DNA from: Delftia acidovorans NBRC 14950
GTDB taxonomy: Bacteria > Pseudomonadota > Gammaproteobacteria > Burkholderiales > Burkholderiaceae_C
Assembly (NCBI RefSeq): GCF_001598795.1
Contig: NZ_BCZP01000042.1
Location: forward strand, 1 to 32,000
Direction of reading: 5' to 3'
DNA length: 32,000 nt
Shown: positions 1-8,406 of the stretch, piece after piece
Layout: every line of letters begins with the position of its first letter
How positions within the stretch are numbered: position 1 is the first letter of the stretch
Position numbers and translations under genes: made by a program
The notes under the pieces: model-generated
What the model was told of the DNA's origin: nothing
The model's input: only the letters and a program-made list of their open reading frames with translations
The model's database searches: none

Positions 1-198
1 GACCCAGTCGCCGATGGAGGAGGCCGTTGCTGCCGCTGCACCGGCCTCCGCTGGCGCGGCCTGCGCCAGCGGAATCAGCAGGCTGCCGGCAGCAGGCGCC
101 ACCAGCAGCGCAGCAGCGCTCTGGAGCAGATGCCTGCGCCGCAGCGAGATGGCAGAGCCGGCCGTGCGGCCCCGTTCATTGCTTGGACGCTGCGGCAT
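1..198 (-). CDS. Molybdopterin-binding large subunit of an aldehyde oxidase/xanthine dehydrogenase-family (IorB-like) enzyme; N-terminal 66 codons only, runs off the window
   Basis: Minus-strand ATG at 196-198 gives MPQRPSNERGRTAGSAISLRRRHLLQSAAALLVAPAAGSLLIPLAQAAPAEAG... This has a twin-arginine-type signal (RRRHLL, hydrophobic core, AQA). It overlaps the stop of a [2Fe-2S]-subunit-type tail, which is the usual small/large subunit order. It is absent from the ORF track because it is open at the window edge. Confidence 0.45.
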   Translation of the reverse strand, partial: MPQRPSNERGRTAGSAISLRRRHLLQSAAALLVAPAAGSLLIPLAQAAPAEAGAAAATASSIGDWV

Positions 199-1135
199 GG
201 ATGGCCTCCCGGATGCGGTGGTAGGTGGCGCAGCGGCACAGATTGGTCATGGCCTCGTCGATCTGCGCATCGGTGGGCTGTGGATGGGAATCATGGTTCT
301 TCAGGCTCGGCTGATAGATTTTTCCTGCCGCGCAATTGGCGTTGTAGATCTCGGGGCGATAAATCTTCTGGAAGGTTTCCATGGTACTGATGGTGCCGAT
401 CAACTCGAGATTCGTGTAGTCGGCCAGCAGGTCACCCTGAAAATAGAAAGCCAGGGGTGCAACGCTATTGGGCGGCATGAAAAATCGAACCTGCATTCCC
501 ATCTTCCCAAAATACCGGTCCGTCGATGACAGCTCATTTTGCTGATACTCGGCACCCAGTACGGGATGCTGGTTTCCGGTGCGCTGATAGGTCTTGCTGG
601 TAGAGGCGCTGATGCAGATGACGGGAGGCTTGTTGAAGTGCTCCCTGTACGTGCTCGAACGGGCGAACTGCTTGAACAGCTTGCCATGCAGGTCACCAAA
701 ATCGTCCGGCGTGCTGAACTCCTGGCGGTTGATGTTGTACTCCGGCAGCAGAACACTGAAGTCATAGTCACGCACGTAGGAAGAAAAATTATTCCCTGCA
801 ATGCCGGCTATGCGCTTGTTCGATCTTCTGTCGAGAATGCTGGTCTTCAATATCTCTATCAACGGAAATACGCCACTTCCCATCTCGGCACCCATGCCCA
901 TCTCGACGGAGATGATGTCCAGCTCGACTGAATAGCGGTCTCCCGTCGGATTGTCCCAATGCGCCAGGTCATTGAAGCGGTTGTCAATCATCCTCAGCGT
1001 ATGGCGCAGGTTCTGTTGCCGGCTCGCTCCCCGGGCCAGATTGGCAAAGTTGGTGGTAATGCGCGTGCTGTCCGATGGGTGATAGTTCTCATCGAAACGG
1101 ATGCTCTTGAGGCTGAAGTGCAGTTCTGCGTTCAT
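176..1135 (-). CDS. DUF1852 (MesX-like) protein whose last ~35-45 codons look like the C-terminus of a [2Fe-2S] small subunit (IorA/CoxS type); apparent chimeric ORF
   Basis: 319-aa ORF. I recognise the body (MNAELHFSLKSIRFDENYHPSD...FQKIYRPEIYNAN) as the DUF1852 family. The tail PQPTDAQIDEAMTNLCRCATYHRIREAIHAAA matches the conserved end of the Fer2_2 domain of molybdo-hydroxylase small subunits (canonical ...GNxCRCGTYxRIxxAI). The gene body is visibly lower in G+C than the tail. Confidence 0.75.
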   Translation of the reverse strand: MNAELHFSLKSIRFDENYHPSDSTRITTNFANLARGASRQQNLRHTLRMIDNRFNDLAHWDNPTGDRYSVELDIISVEMGMGAEMGSGVFPLIEILKTSILDRRSNKRIAGIAGNNFSSYVRDYDFSVLLPEYNINRQEFSTPDDFGDLHGKLFKQFARSSTYREHFNKPPVICISASTSKTYQRTGNQHPVLGAEYQQNELSSTDRYFGKMGMQVRFFMPPNSVAPLAFYFQGDLLADYTNLELIGTISTMETFQKIYRPEIYNANCAAGKIYQPSLKNHDSHPQPTDAQIDEAMTNLCRCATYHRIREAIHAAASKQ

Positions 1136-1177
1136 GGTGATCCAATGACCTGATTTAGAAATAAAAAGTTGGTTGAT

Positions 1178-1759
1178 TCAGGCCGCAGCCATTTCCTCGG
1201 CCAGGCAGGGCCTGGCGCGGTGCATCAGCTCGACCAGCGGCAATGCCCGTTGCACCGCCAGTGCGGCCCGCTGTATCAGGGCCTCGTCGTGCAGGCGGTA
1301 GTCCACGAAATCCTTGTCGGTCGCGTACACGCCCAGCGGCAGCGTGCGCGCCTGGAAGAAGCTGAACAGCGGCCGCAGCTGGTGGTCGATCACCAAGGCA
1401 TGGCGCTCGCTGCCACCGGTGGCCGCCAGCAGCACGGGCTTGTCAATCAAGGCGTCCTGGTGGACGAAGTCGAAGAAGTGCTTGAACAGCCCGGTGTAGG
1501 CGCCACGGAAGACCGGGGTGGCCACCACCAGCACATCCGCCTGCTCCACCGCCGCAAGCTCACGCTCCACCCTCTCGGGCAACTGCGCGCGCCACACCGC
1601 GCCGGCAAGCTGCGGCGCAAGCTGGCCCAGTTCCACCAGGCGTTGTTCGCACGGAACTTCGTCGGCGATCAGATCAGACAGATGCTCTGCCAGGGCGGCA
1701 GATTTGGAGGGGCGTTGCAGTCCACCGGAAACGGCGACCAGACGGAGTGGACGTGACAT
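1178..1759 (-). CDS. NAD(P)H-dependent FMN reductase (SsuE/MsuE-like)
   Basis: MSRPLRLVAVSGGLQRPSKS...ADVLVVATPVFRGAYTGLFKHFFD...LLAATGGSERHALV is typical of the FMN_red fold. ATG at 1759 was chosen; an in-frame GTG at 1771 is an alternative. It lies immediately upstream of, and in the same direction as, the DUF1852 gene. Confidence 0.85.
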   Translation of the reverse strand: MSRPLRLVAVSGGLQRPSKSAALAEHLSDLIADEVPCEQRLVELGQLAPQLAGAVWRAQLPERVERELAAVEQADVLVVATPVFRGAYTGLFKHFFDFVHQDALIDKPVLLAATGGSERHALVIDHQLRPLFSFFQARTLPLGVYATDKDFVDYRLHDEALIQRAALAVQRALPLVELMHRARPCLAEEMAAA

Positions 1760-2042
1760 GGCTGCGCTCACGAGAGATGGCCAAGTTCAGCGCGGAAGCC
1801 GGCTCTGGCATCCATGCGATCCGAGGGTGTGGTGATGACCATGACTGCTTCCCAAATGCAAACGAACAATGGGAGCGAATGGTAGGGATGCGAATCGATG
1901 AAGTAAAATGGTTTTAATTCACAGATGCATGAGCTGCATTCATGTGAAAGTGTGATCCCATCCTTCTGCGCACTGCGCTATGCGGCAGCCATGCCAGGGC
2001 CTGCGCGCAACGGGGTTGCTGCGCAGTGAATCCAAGGCCAGT

Positions 2043-2945
2043 TCAGCCGCCCGCGCCCTGCACCTGCACCAGGCACTCCCGCAACGCCTGCGCCACAGGC
2101 CCCAGCACGCGGTCACGCCTTTGCAGCAGGCCCAGCGTGCGCCACACATCGGGCGCGGTCAGGGGCACCCCGCAGACCTGGGCGTGGTCCTGGCGCAGGG
2201 CCAGCTGGGGCACGGCGGCCAGGCCCAGGCCCGCTTCCACCAGGGCCAGGGCGCCTGTGACGTGGTTGCACTCGTGCCAGGCCACGGGCTGCTCGGGCAG
2301 GCCGGCCATCACCTGGTCCAGCAACAGCCGGTTGCCGCTCTTGTGGGAGACGGAGACCAGGCGCTTGCCCGCCAGCTCGGCCCATTCCACCTGGCTGCGC
2401 CCGGCCCAGGCGTGGCTGCGCGGCATGGCCAGCACATAGCGCTCGCGCGTGAGCGCCTCAAAGCGCAGCGATGGCTCCTGGCTGCCCGTGAAGCTCAGGC
2501 CAAAGTCCGCATCCCCGCGCAGCACGGCCTCCACAACCTGCTGCGCGCTCTCGTCGATGACGTGCACCTGCACATCGGGCTGCTCCACGGCAAAGGTCTT
2601 CAGCACGGGCGGCAGCAGATTGGTGGCCACCGAAGGCACGCAGGCAACCGTTACGCGGCCACGGCGCAGCTTCAGCTGGTCATCCACGCGCTGCACGGCC
2701 TCGTCCAGGCCGGCCAGGGCCCTGCGCGCCTCCTGCAGGAATTCATGGCCCACCTCGGTCAGTTCCACACGCCGCGTGGTGCGCTCCAGCAGCCGCGCGC
2801 CCAGCACGGACTCCAGCCGCTCCACCCGCCGGCTCAAGGCAGGGGGCGACAGGAAAAGCGCTTCTGCGGCCAGGCGAAAGCTGGCTTTCTCGGCCGTGGT
2901 CACGAAGGCGATCAGTTCCCCCATGTCGAATTTGATGCGCTGCAC
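2043..2945 (-). CDS. LysR-family transcriptional regulator
   Basis: The C-terminal 300 aa of the 520-aa track ORF contain the N-terminal wHTH (GELIAFVTTAEKASFRLAAEALFLSPPALSRRVERLESVLGARLLERTTRRV) followed by a LysR substrate-binding domain. GTG at 2945 is preferred (VQRIKFDMGELIAF); ATG at 2924 is an alternative. It is divergent from the Bug-family gene. Confidence 0.85.
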   Translation of the reverse strand: MQRIKFDMGELIAFVTTAEKASFRLAAEALFLSPPALSRRVERLESVLGARLLERTTRRVELTEVGHEFLQEARRALAGLDEAVQRVDDQLKLRRGRVTVACVPSVATNLLPPVLKTFAVEQPDVQVHVIDESAQQVVEAVLRGDADFGLSFTGSQEPSLRFEALTRERYVLAMPRSHAWAGRSQVEWAELAGKRLVSVSHKSGNRLLLDQVMAGLPEQPVAWHECNHVTGALALVEAGLGLAAVPQLALRQDHAQVCGVPLTAPDVWRTLGLLQRRDRVLGPVAQALRECLVQVQGAGG

Positions 2946-3056
2946 GCAACAGTCCTTCCAAAAGTTGCAATTCACAGAATAACACCCTCTGCATAGGATG
3001 GCGCCCTTGATAACGCTGCCCCCTGCGGGCAGACAAGACCAACAAACGGAGACGAC

Positions 3057-4031
3057 ATGCACCAACGCAGACTGATCGCAGGCGGAGCCCTGGCCGCCCT
3101 TCTTTCCCTGGCCGTGGGCACTGCCCAGGCCCAGGACTTCCCCCCCAAGAAACCCGTGGTCATGGTGGTCGGCTTCGCCGCAGGCGGCTCGGCCGACATT
3201 GCCGCGCGCATCATCGCCAAGAAGCTGGGCGAGAACATCGGCCAGAGCGTGGTCGTGGAAAACAAGCCAGGCGCGGGCGGCAACCTGGCCCACACGCAGG
3301 TGGCCAATGGCCCGTCCGACGGCTCGGTGCTGCTCTTCGGCTCCATCGGCCCGCTGGCCATTGCGCCGCACTTCATGAAGATCGGCTACGACCCGCTCAA
3401 GGACCTGGCCCCCATCACCATGGGCGTGAACTTTCCCAACGTGCTCGTCGTGCCTGCCGCCACCGGCATCAAGACCCTGGGCGAATACGTGGCCAAGGCC
3501 AAGCGCGAACCCGGCAAGCTGGACTTCGCCTCCACCGGCCCCGGCTCCGCATCCCACCTGGCCGGTGAACTGCTCAACGATGTCGCCAAGATCGACACCC
3601 TGCACGTGCCCTACAAGGGCGGCGCGCCCGCCCTGCAGGACGTGCTAGGCAACCGCGTGACCTCCTTCTACGCAGCCCCGCCCACAGCCCTGCCCCACAT
3701 CGAATCGGGCAAGCTGATCCCGCTGGCCACCACGGGCCTCACGCGCCCGGCCTACCTGCCCAACGTGCCCACCGTGGCCGAAAGCTTCCCCGGCTTCAAC
3801 GCCACCAACTGGTATGCCTTCGTGGCATCCGCCAAGACGCCCAAGCCCTTGCTGGACCGCTGGAACACCGAGCTGGTCAAGGTGCTGAACACCCCCGAAG
3901 TGCGCGACAACCTGCTCAAGCACGGCCAGACCGCCGCCCCGGGCACCCGCGAGGAGCTGGGCCAGTTCATTGCCGCCGAGCACGCCAAGTGGGGCCGCAT
4001 CATCCGCGAGCGAAAAATCACCGCCGATTGA
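3057..4031 (+). CDS. Bug-family (TctC-like) tripartite tricarboxylate transporter substrate-binding protein, orphan
   Basis: Signal peptide (MHQRRLIAGGALAALLSLAVGTAQA), then FPPKKPVVMVVGFAAGGSADIAARII...VENKPGAGGN...YKGGAPALQDVLGNRV, the hallmark Bug/TctC motifs. Confidence 0.9.
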   Translation: MHQRRLIAGGALAALLSLAVGTAQAQDFPPKKPVVMVVGFAAGGSADIAARIIAKKLGENIGQSVVVENKPGAGGNLAHTQVANGPSDGSVLLFGSIGPLAIAPHFMKIGYDPLKDLAPITMGVNFPNVLVVPAATGIKTLGEYVAKAKREPGKLDFASTGPGSASHLAGELLNDVAKIDTLHVPYKGGAPALQDVLGNRVTSFYAAPPTALPHIESGKLIPLATTGLTRPAYLPNVPTVAESFPGFNATNWYAFVASAKTPKPLLDRWNTELVKVLNTPEVRDNLLKHGQTAAPGTREELGQFIAAEHAKWGRIIRERKITAD

Positions 4032-4086
4032 TCCCCCTCGGCAGCCGTTAGCCGTTCCCCAACCATAAAAAACCAGGAGACAAACC

Positions 4087-4932
4087 ATGACCGCCATCCG
4101 TTCCACCCCCCTGCAGTCCTCCGTGCCATCCACCCTTCGCCGCCGCACCCTGGGCGCGCTGCTGGGCGGCGCCCTCAGCCTGGGCCTGGCCCTGGGCGCT
4201 GCCACGCCCTCCACTGCCGCCGCAGATGAAATCCGCGTGGTCACCTCGGGCGGCTTCTCTGCCGCCTACGACCAGCTGATACCCCTGTACGAGCAGGCCA
4301 CGGGCCACAAGGTCGTCACCTCGCGCGGTGCCTCCATGGGCAACGCGCAGGACTCCATTCCCAGCCGCCTGGCGCGGGGCGAGCAGTTCGATATCGTCAT
4401 CCTCGCGGATGGAGCCTTGGACAATCTGGCCGCCCAAGGCAAGGTGGAAGCGGGCAGCCGTGTGGACCTGGCGCGCTCCATGATCGGCATGAGCGTGCGC
4501 AAGGGCACGCCCAAGCCCGACATCAGCACCGTGGACGCGCTCAAGCAAACCCTGCTGGATGCCAAGACCATTGCCTACTCGGCCAGCGCCAGCGGCACCT
4601 ACCTGGCCAACGAACTGTTCCCGCGCCTGGGCGTGGCCGAGCAGATGAAGGGCAAGGCCACCCGCATCCTCAGCGAGCGCGTGGGTGCCGTGGTGCTGCG
4701 TGGCGATGCGGACATCGGCTTCCAGCAGGTCAGCGAACTGCTGCCGTTCAAGGAACTGGAATTCGTCGGCCCCCTGCCCGATGAAGTGCAGCAGCGCGTC
4801 TTCTTCTCCGCAGGCGTGGCCACCGGCGCCAAGAGCCCTGACACGGCGCGCCACCTGATCCGCTTCCTGGCAGCCCCCGCCGCAGCGCCCATCGTGCGCA
4901 GCACCGGCATGGAGCCGGCGGCCAAGCCCTGA
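4087..4932 (+). CDS. Periplasmic substrate-binding protein, ModA-like (molybdate/tungstate-type PBP2 fold)
   Basis: AGGAGA Shine-Dalgarno sequence 6 nt upstream. Arg-rich signal (STLRRRTLGALLGGALSLGLALGAA). IRVVTSGGFSAAYDQLIPLYEQATGHKV...FDIVILAD resembles ModA-type binding proteins. No permease or ATPase gene is adjacent. Confidence 0.75.
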   Translation: MTAIRSTPLQSSVPSTLRRRTLGALLGGALSLGLALGAATPSTAAADEIRVVTSGGFSAAYDQLIPLYEQATGHKVVTSRGASMGNAQDSIPSRLARGEQFDIVILADGALDNLAAQGKVEAGSRVDLARSMIGMSVRKGTPKPDISTVDALKQTLLDAKTIAYSASASGTYLANELFPRLGVAEQMKGKATRILSERVGAVVLRGDADIGFQQVSELLPFKELEFVGPLPDEVQQRVFFSAGVATGAKSPDTARHLIRFLAAPAAAPIVRSTGMEPAAKP

Positions 4933-5096
4933 CGGCAGGCCCCCGAGCCCTCAAGGCTCTCTAGGCACTCAAGGCCCTCAGGGCCCTCGACACACAGGGG
5001 GCCTTCACCCCTCCCCGGTTCGACCTCCATTCAGCGGCGCTGCAACGGCACTGCTGCGGCATGCCGCTGCCCAGCCCTATCACCCTCGCCACACCC

Positions 5097-6164
5097 ATGA
5101 ACACCAAAACCCTGGTGCTGATCACCCTCGCCGCCGCACCGCTGTCCGCCCTTGCGCAATCCAGCATCACGCTCTACGGCATTGCCGATACCGGCGTGCG
5201 CTACACCAGCGGCCTCACCGCCGCCAACGCGGCCAGCAACACCTCGGGCGCCGCGCTGTCCAGCGGCGTCAACACCACCAGCCGCTTCGGGTTTCGCGGG
5301 CGCGAAGACCTGGGCGGCGGCATGTACGCCCTGTTCAACCTGGAAACCGGCCTGAACCTGGACACCGGCACCACCGCCAACTCCAGCAAATTCTTCGACC
5401 GCGCGGCCATCGTGGGCCTGGGCGGCAGCTGGGGCCAGGTCACGGCCGGGCGCCAGACCAACCTGCTGGCAGATGCCATCAGCCCCGTGGACCCCGTGGG
5501 CATGCGCTTCGCCGCCTTCAACCCCAACATCGCCACCGCCGCGCTCAGCAGCCACGGCCTGGGCGTGGAATACGGCAGCGCAGGCGCCACCACCGGCTCA
5601 TACCGGCTGGACAACTCGGTCAAGTACACCGGCCGCTTCGGCGGCCTCACCGCCCGCGCCATGTACAGCTTTGGCGAGACGGCGCAAGGCGGCTCCGCCC
5701 GCTCATCGGCCGGCGCAGGCCTGGCCTATGGCACGAAAACCTGGACGGTCTCCGGCGCCTACCAGCGCTTCAAGACCGCAGACCAATGGGAGCTGAAAGC
5801 CGCCACCCTGGGCGCCAGCTACAAATGGGACAACCTGCGCCTTGCACTGAACACCGCGCGCAGCGACGGCCAGACCAACGCCACCACCGCCCGCACCGTG
5901 CAGCGCGTGCACTCGCTGGGCGCCACCTGGTCCGCCCGCAGCACGCTGGACCTGACAGCCGCCCTGTACCGCGTGGAACGCGAACGCAGCGGCCGCGCCG
6001 CAGACGGCTACACCCGCGCCCTGCTGTTTGCGGAATACAAGCTCTCGCGCCGCAGCAAGCTGTATGCGGAACTGGACCGCACGCACTGGAGTGGAGGGTT
6101 TCAGGGCGGGCAGAACAAGGATGTGGCTACGGGGGTGACTGCGGGGTTGATGCATAGTTTTTGA
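5097..6164 (+). CDS. Outer-membrane porin (Gram-negative porin, beta-proteobacterial OmpC/Omp32-like)
   Basis: MNTKTLVLITLAAAPLSALAQSSITLYGIADTGVRY, then alternating beta-strand pattern and a C-terminal ...GVTAGLMHSF ending in Phe. Start moved to the ATG at 5097 (signal peptide) from the track start at 5061. Confidence 0.85.
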   Translation: MNTKTLVLITLAAAPLSALAQSSITLYGIADTGVRYTSGLTAANAASNTSGAALSSGVNTTSRFGFRGREDLGGGMYALFNLETGLNLDTGTTANSSKFFDRAAIVGLGGSWGQVTAGRQTNLLADAISPVDPVGMRFAAFNPNIATAALSSHGLGVEYGSAGATTGSYRLDNSVKYTGRFGGLTARAMYSFGETAQGGSARSSAGAGLAYGTKTWTVSGAYQRFKTADQWELKAATLGASYKWDNLRLALNTARSDGQTNATTARTVQRVHSLGATWSARSTLDLTAALYRVERERSGRAADGYTRALLFAEYKLSRRSKLYAELDRTHWSGGFQGGQNKDVATGVTAGLMHSF

Positions 6165-6180
6165 GGGGTGCTGCAGCGAC
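6014..6180 (+). repeat. Direct repeat copy 1: last ~50 codons of the porin gene plus ~15 nt downstream
   Basis: Aligns base for base with 8246-8412 (offset 2232). I counted 4 mismatches in the 151 nt up to the stop, all at synonymous third positions. Confidence 0.85.
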
Positions 6181-6244
6181 CCGCAGCGCCCACTTTTGAG
6201 GTGCTTGTGGAGGGTTGCTGCAGGCCGACCCAATCCCCTCAGAC

Positions 6245-6275
6245 GCAGGCACCAAGTAGTGCCTGCCTCTTGTCC
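6245..6275 (+). terminator. Candidate terminator hairpin downstream of the porin gene
   Basis: GCAGGCAC-caagta-GTGCCTGC (8-bp stem, 6245-6266) followed by CTCTTGT. The U-tract is weak. Confidence 0.35.
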
Positions 6276-6603
6276 ACCGGCATTGATTACAAGCTACTCT
6301 GGCCTGGCCAAGCGCGGGACGGACAGCGAATGGGCTGGCCGCTCAGCCCTCGGCGATCTCCAGGCAGACTTCTACGGCAAAGACTTCGAGCGTGAAGGAT
6401 TTGAGGTTCGCGTGCTTGCTGGCCAAAAGACCAAAGGCAGTGGACAGGCGCGCCGGCGCGCCCACGTGCTTGATGGCTTCCGCCTTGACGGTGACTTCTA
6501 CAGAGCCGCGCTTCAAACTGCTTCATTGACCGGCTGACTACACCGCCAAAAGAGATAGGTTGGCGCTGAGGCAGAATTAACCTATTTCCTGGCTGAGTGC
6601 GCA

Positions 6604-6861
6604 ATGGATCAAGACATCTGCTTTTTCTATTCTCAAGACCGCCAACGTCGCATCGCGCTTTTTCGTCGAGAGGTGGGAAGTTTTGGATTTGTCGAACAGT
6701 ATTACTTCGACAACGAAGCCGCCGGCATCGAGGGGTGGGCCTCCTGCCCGTCAGAGTCATCCTTCTACGCTGACTTGGAGACTGCCAAGAAGGAAGCGGT
6801 ACAAGGAATCCGATGGGCTGCGAGCGAAGATGGATTTGTCGCTGCCGGAAATGAGGTTTAG
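6604..6861 (+). CDS. Hypothetical small protein (85 aa)
   Basis: ORF in the lower-G+C stretch with balanced, protein-like composition (MDQDICFFYSQDRQRRIALFRREVGSFGFVEQYYFDNEAAGIEGW...). No recognisable domain and no clear RBS. Confidence 0.4.
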   Translation: MDQDICFFYSQDRQRRIALFRREVGSFGFVEQYYFDNEAAGIEGWASCPSESSFYADLETAKKEAVQGIRWAASEDGFVAAGNEV

Positions 6862-6977
6862 TCGCTGGGGGCGGACGATCCGCCTCGTTGCTCGACCTGC
6901 AGCTTGCGACCCGAAACGGAAGCAGTGACCGCAGGAAAGCGGACATTCAAGCGCAACAATTGCTACGTGTCTCAGGC

Positions 6978-7373
6978 TTACGTGGAGTTGGACTTTGGAA
7001 ACTGCCTGGCATATGCCGCCACATGAGCCGGAAACAGCTCTTCGTAGATGGGATACGCAATTCCCAATACGCTTAGCTCCAAGCCTTCTGGCCCGAGCTC
7101 AAACGAATGGTCTTCGAGATGAATGGTGCCGCCGCCGGGCAGAGGCGAGCCGTTCGTTAGCCTTACTGAGAGGAAGAGGTGGTCCTGGCTCCCTCCAGCA
7201 GATTCGACGACTGCCTTCTGAACGTTGACGTATGCTGGGAGGGGAACGAAGCGCCCGAAGGCGACGTTCACCCCATACCGGACCTTCCACCGCCCGATAA
7301 TTGACGCATGAACCCCTGGAAGCATGTCATCGCGAAGTTGTCCGACACTGGACCTCTTTTGGCTCACTGGCAT
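6978..7373 (-). CDS. Hypothetical protein (up to 131 aa; start uncertain, alternative Met at 7325)
   Basis: Protein-like composition (…HLFLSVRLTNGSPLPGGGTIHLEDHSFELGPEGLELSVLGIAYPIYEELF…). Its 5' end overlaps the 5' end of the divergent ORF 7308..7631, so one of the two starts must be shorter. Confidence 0.35.
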   Translation of the reverse strand: MPVSQKRSSVGQLRDDMLPGVHASIIGRWKVRYGVNVAFGRFVPLPAYVNVQKAVVESAGGSQDHLFLSVRLTNGSPLPGGGTIHLEDHSFELGPEGLELSVLGIAYPIYEELFPAHVAAYARQFPKSNST

Positions 7374-7631
7374 CTTTACTCGGGCGTAGCGTTCTACATG
7401 TACGTGCCGAGGAAGTCAGACATCGGCTCGGAGACTATCAAGCCCGACTCCGAAGTGCGCTTTGAGGAAATAGCGCGGCTGGACATCATGCGCTCCCTGC
7501 GCCTTGGAGGCTTGGAGGCAACAAACGACCTCGACGTATGTCAACGTGCTGTTGCTTCAATTCCGGAAATAGCCTTGCAGGAAATCGAAGGCGGCATTCA
7601 GCTGAGTCTGCGCGGCACCGAAGTCCGCTAG
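7308..7631 (+). CDS. Hypothetical protein (up to 107 aa; alternative Met at 7398)
   Basis: Protein-like composition (…SETIKPDSEVRFEEIARLDIMRSLRLGGLEATNDLDVCQRAVASIPEIALQEIEGG…). No recognisable domain. Confidence 0.35.
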   Translation: MNPWKHVIAKLSDTGPLLAHWHLYSGVAFYMYVPRKSDIGSETIKPDSEVRFEEIARLDIMRSLRLGGLEATNDLDVCQRAVASIPEIALQEIEGGIQLSLRGTEVR

Positions 7632-7730
7632 TGGCCGAAGCCGGGCCTAGCTACTTGTGAGCGCAGCACCGCAAGGCTGACTGTAAGCGTCCGGTAAAGG
7701 CATCCGGCTGACGCCAGTCCCGCTCAAGCG

Positions 7731-8086
7731 TCAGAGTCGCTCCACCTCTTCGGCGCCCAGCTTGAACCGCTGGCCCGTGGATTCGGTGCCATGCACCTCG
7801 AATTCCGTTGCAGCGTCTCTGAGCGAGCTGCGGATGCTGCGAAGCAGCTCAACGGGCATGCCGCGATCCGGATCACTGGTATATCGGCACACCGACGTCT
7901 GCGTCTCGCTTGCTGGCACGAGATGGGTTCGAGCAATGTCGATGTCGTTGAAGTCCCCTAATGTGCCCAGTGCCCACTCGTATTCGTTCTCAGCGTCGAA
8001 CTCGACGGGGGCCAGCCCGATTCGTTCGGCAAGCTCCTCGAGCGAGAGCCCGGTTCTGAAGCTGATCGACAGGTATGTCTTCATCG
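7731..8086 (-). CDS. Hypothetical protein (118 aa)
   Basis: Internal Met of the 161-aa track ORF: MKTYLSISFRTGLSLEELAERIGLAPVEFDAENEYEWALGTLGDFNDIDIARTH... The upstream extension is Cys/Arg-rich and overlaps the IS66 remnant. Confidence 0.45.
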
Positions 8087-8088
8087 AG

Positions 8089-8245
8089 TAAGTTGTGTTG
8101 TTGACTTCACTCTTGACATTCTCCTCGCCAGCAATGGGGCAGGAGCTCATTGATGCGGCTGGCCGGCTGCGTCGGCAGCAGTTCCAGCACGTCGCGCAAG
8201 TAGGCGTAGGGTTCAAGCTCGTTGAGCTTGGCCGAGTGAATGAGG
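8089..8245 (-). mobile_element. IS66-family remnant: last ~46 codons of the transposase (TnpC) plus a short downstream tail; 5'-truncated
   Basis: Minus-strand translation of 8107-8250 reads ...AAVMSLIHSAKLNELEPYAYLRDVLELLPTQPASRINELLPHCW... This matches the characteristic C-terminus of IS66 transposases (…SLIxTAKLNGxxPxAYLxDVLxRLPT…IDELLPxNW). It is fused directly to porin-derived sequence at ~8246. GTAAG begins at 8089, 15 nt beyond the stop. Confidence 0.6.
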
Positions 8246-8406
8246 CTCATCACGGCCGCGCCCTGCTGTTTGCGGAATACAAGCTCTCGCGCCGCAGCAA
8301 GCTGTATGCGGAACTGGACCGCACGCATTGGAGCGGAGGGTTTCAGGGCGGGCAGAACAAGGATGTGGCTACGGGGGTGACTGCGGGGTTGATGCATAGC
8401 TTCTGA
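8246..8406 (+). pseudogene. Detached 3' fragment of a porin gene (repeat copy 2)
   Basis: Encodes RALLFAEYKLSRRSKLYAELDRTHWSGGFQGGQNKDVATGVTAGLMHSF*, identical in protein to the end of the porin at 5097..6164. It has no porin 5' part, and the upstream sequence is the IS66 remnant. Confidence 0.8.

Noticed and set aside
1980-2996. 338-aa plus-strand ORF, with others at 2026-2439 and 2449-2982
   Set aside because: It is antisense to the LysR gene, has Arg/Ala/Gln/His-rich composition and shows no domain pattern.
2946-3605. N-terminal 220-aa extension of the 520-aa minus-strand ORF containing the LysR gene
   Set aside because: The extension is Gly/Ala/His/Asp-rich and low-complexity. It runs antisense through the well-supported Bug-family gene, and the LysR HTH begins only at about 2945. 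It is a typical high-G+C shadow ORF.
5005-5035. GGTTCGA-containing segment considered as a tRNA T-arm
   Set aside because: The flanking bases do not pair into a T-stem, and no acceptor or anticodon stems can be drawn. It lies in the porin upstream region among short G+C-rich palindromes.
6287-6946. 219-aa minus-strand ORF
   Set aside because: It is Arg/Ser/Pro/Cys-rich and overlaps the more protein-like 6604-6861 ORF. A different minus-strand frame at about 6345-6505 reads ...EVTVKAEAIKHVGAPARLSTAFGLLASKHANLKSFTLEVFAVEVCLEIAEG* and may be a gene fragment, but it has no start codon and no recognisable family.
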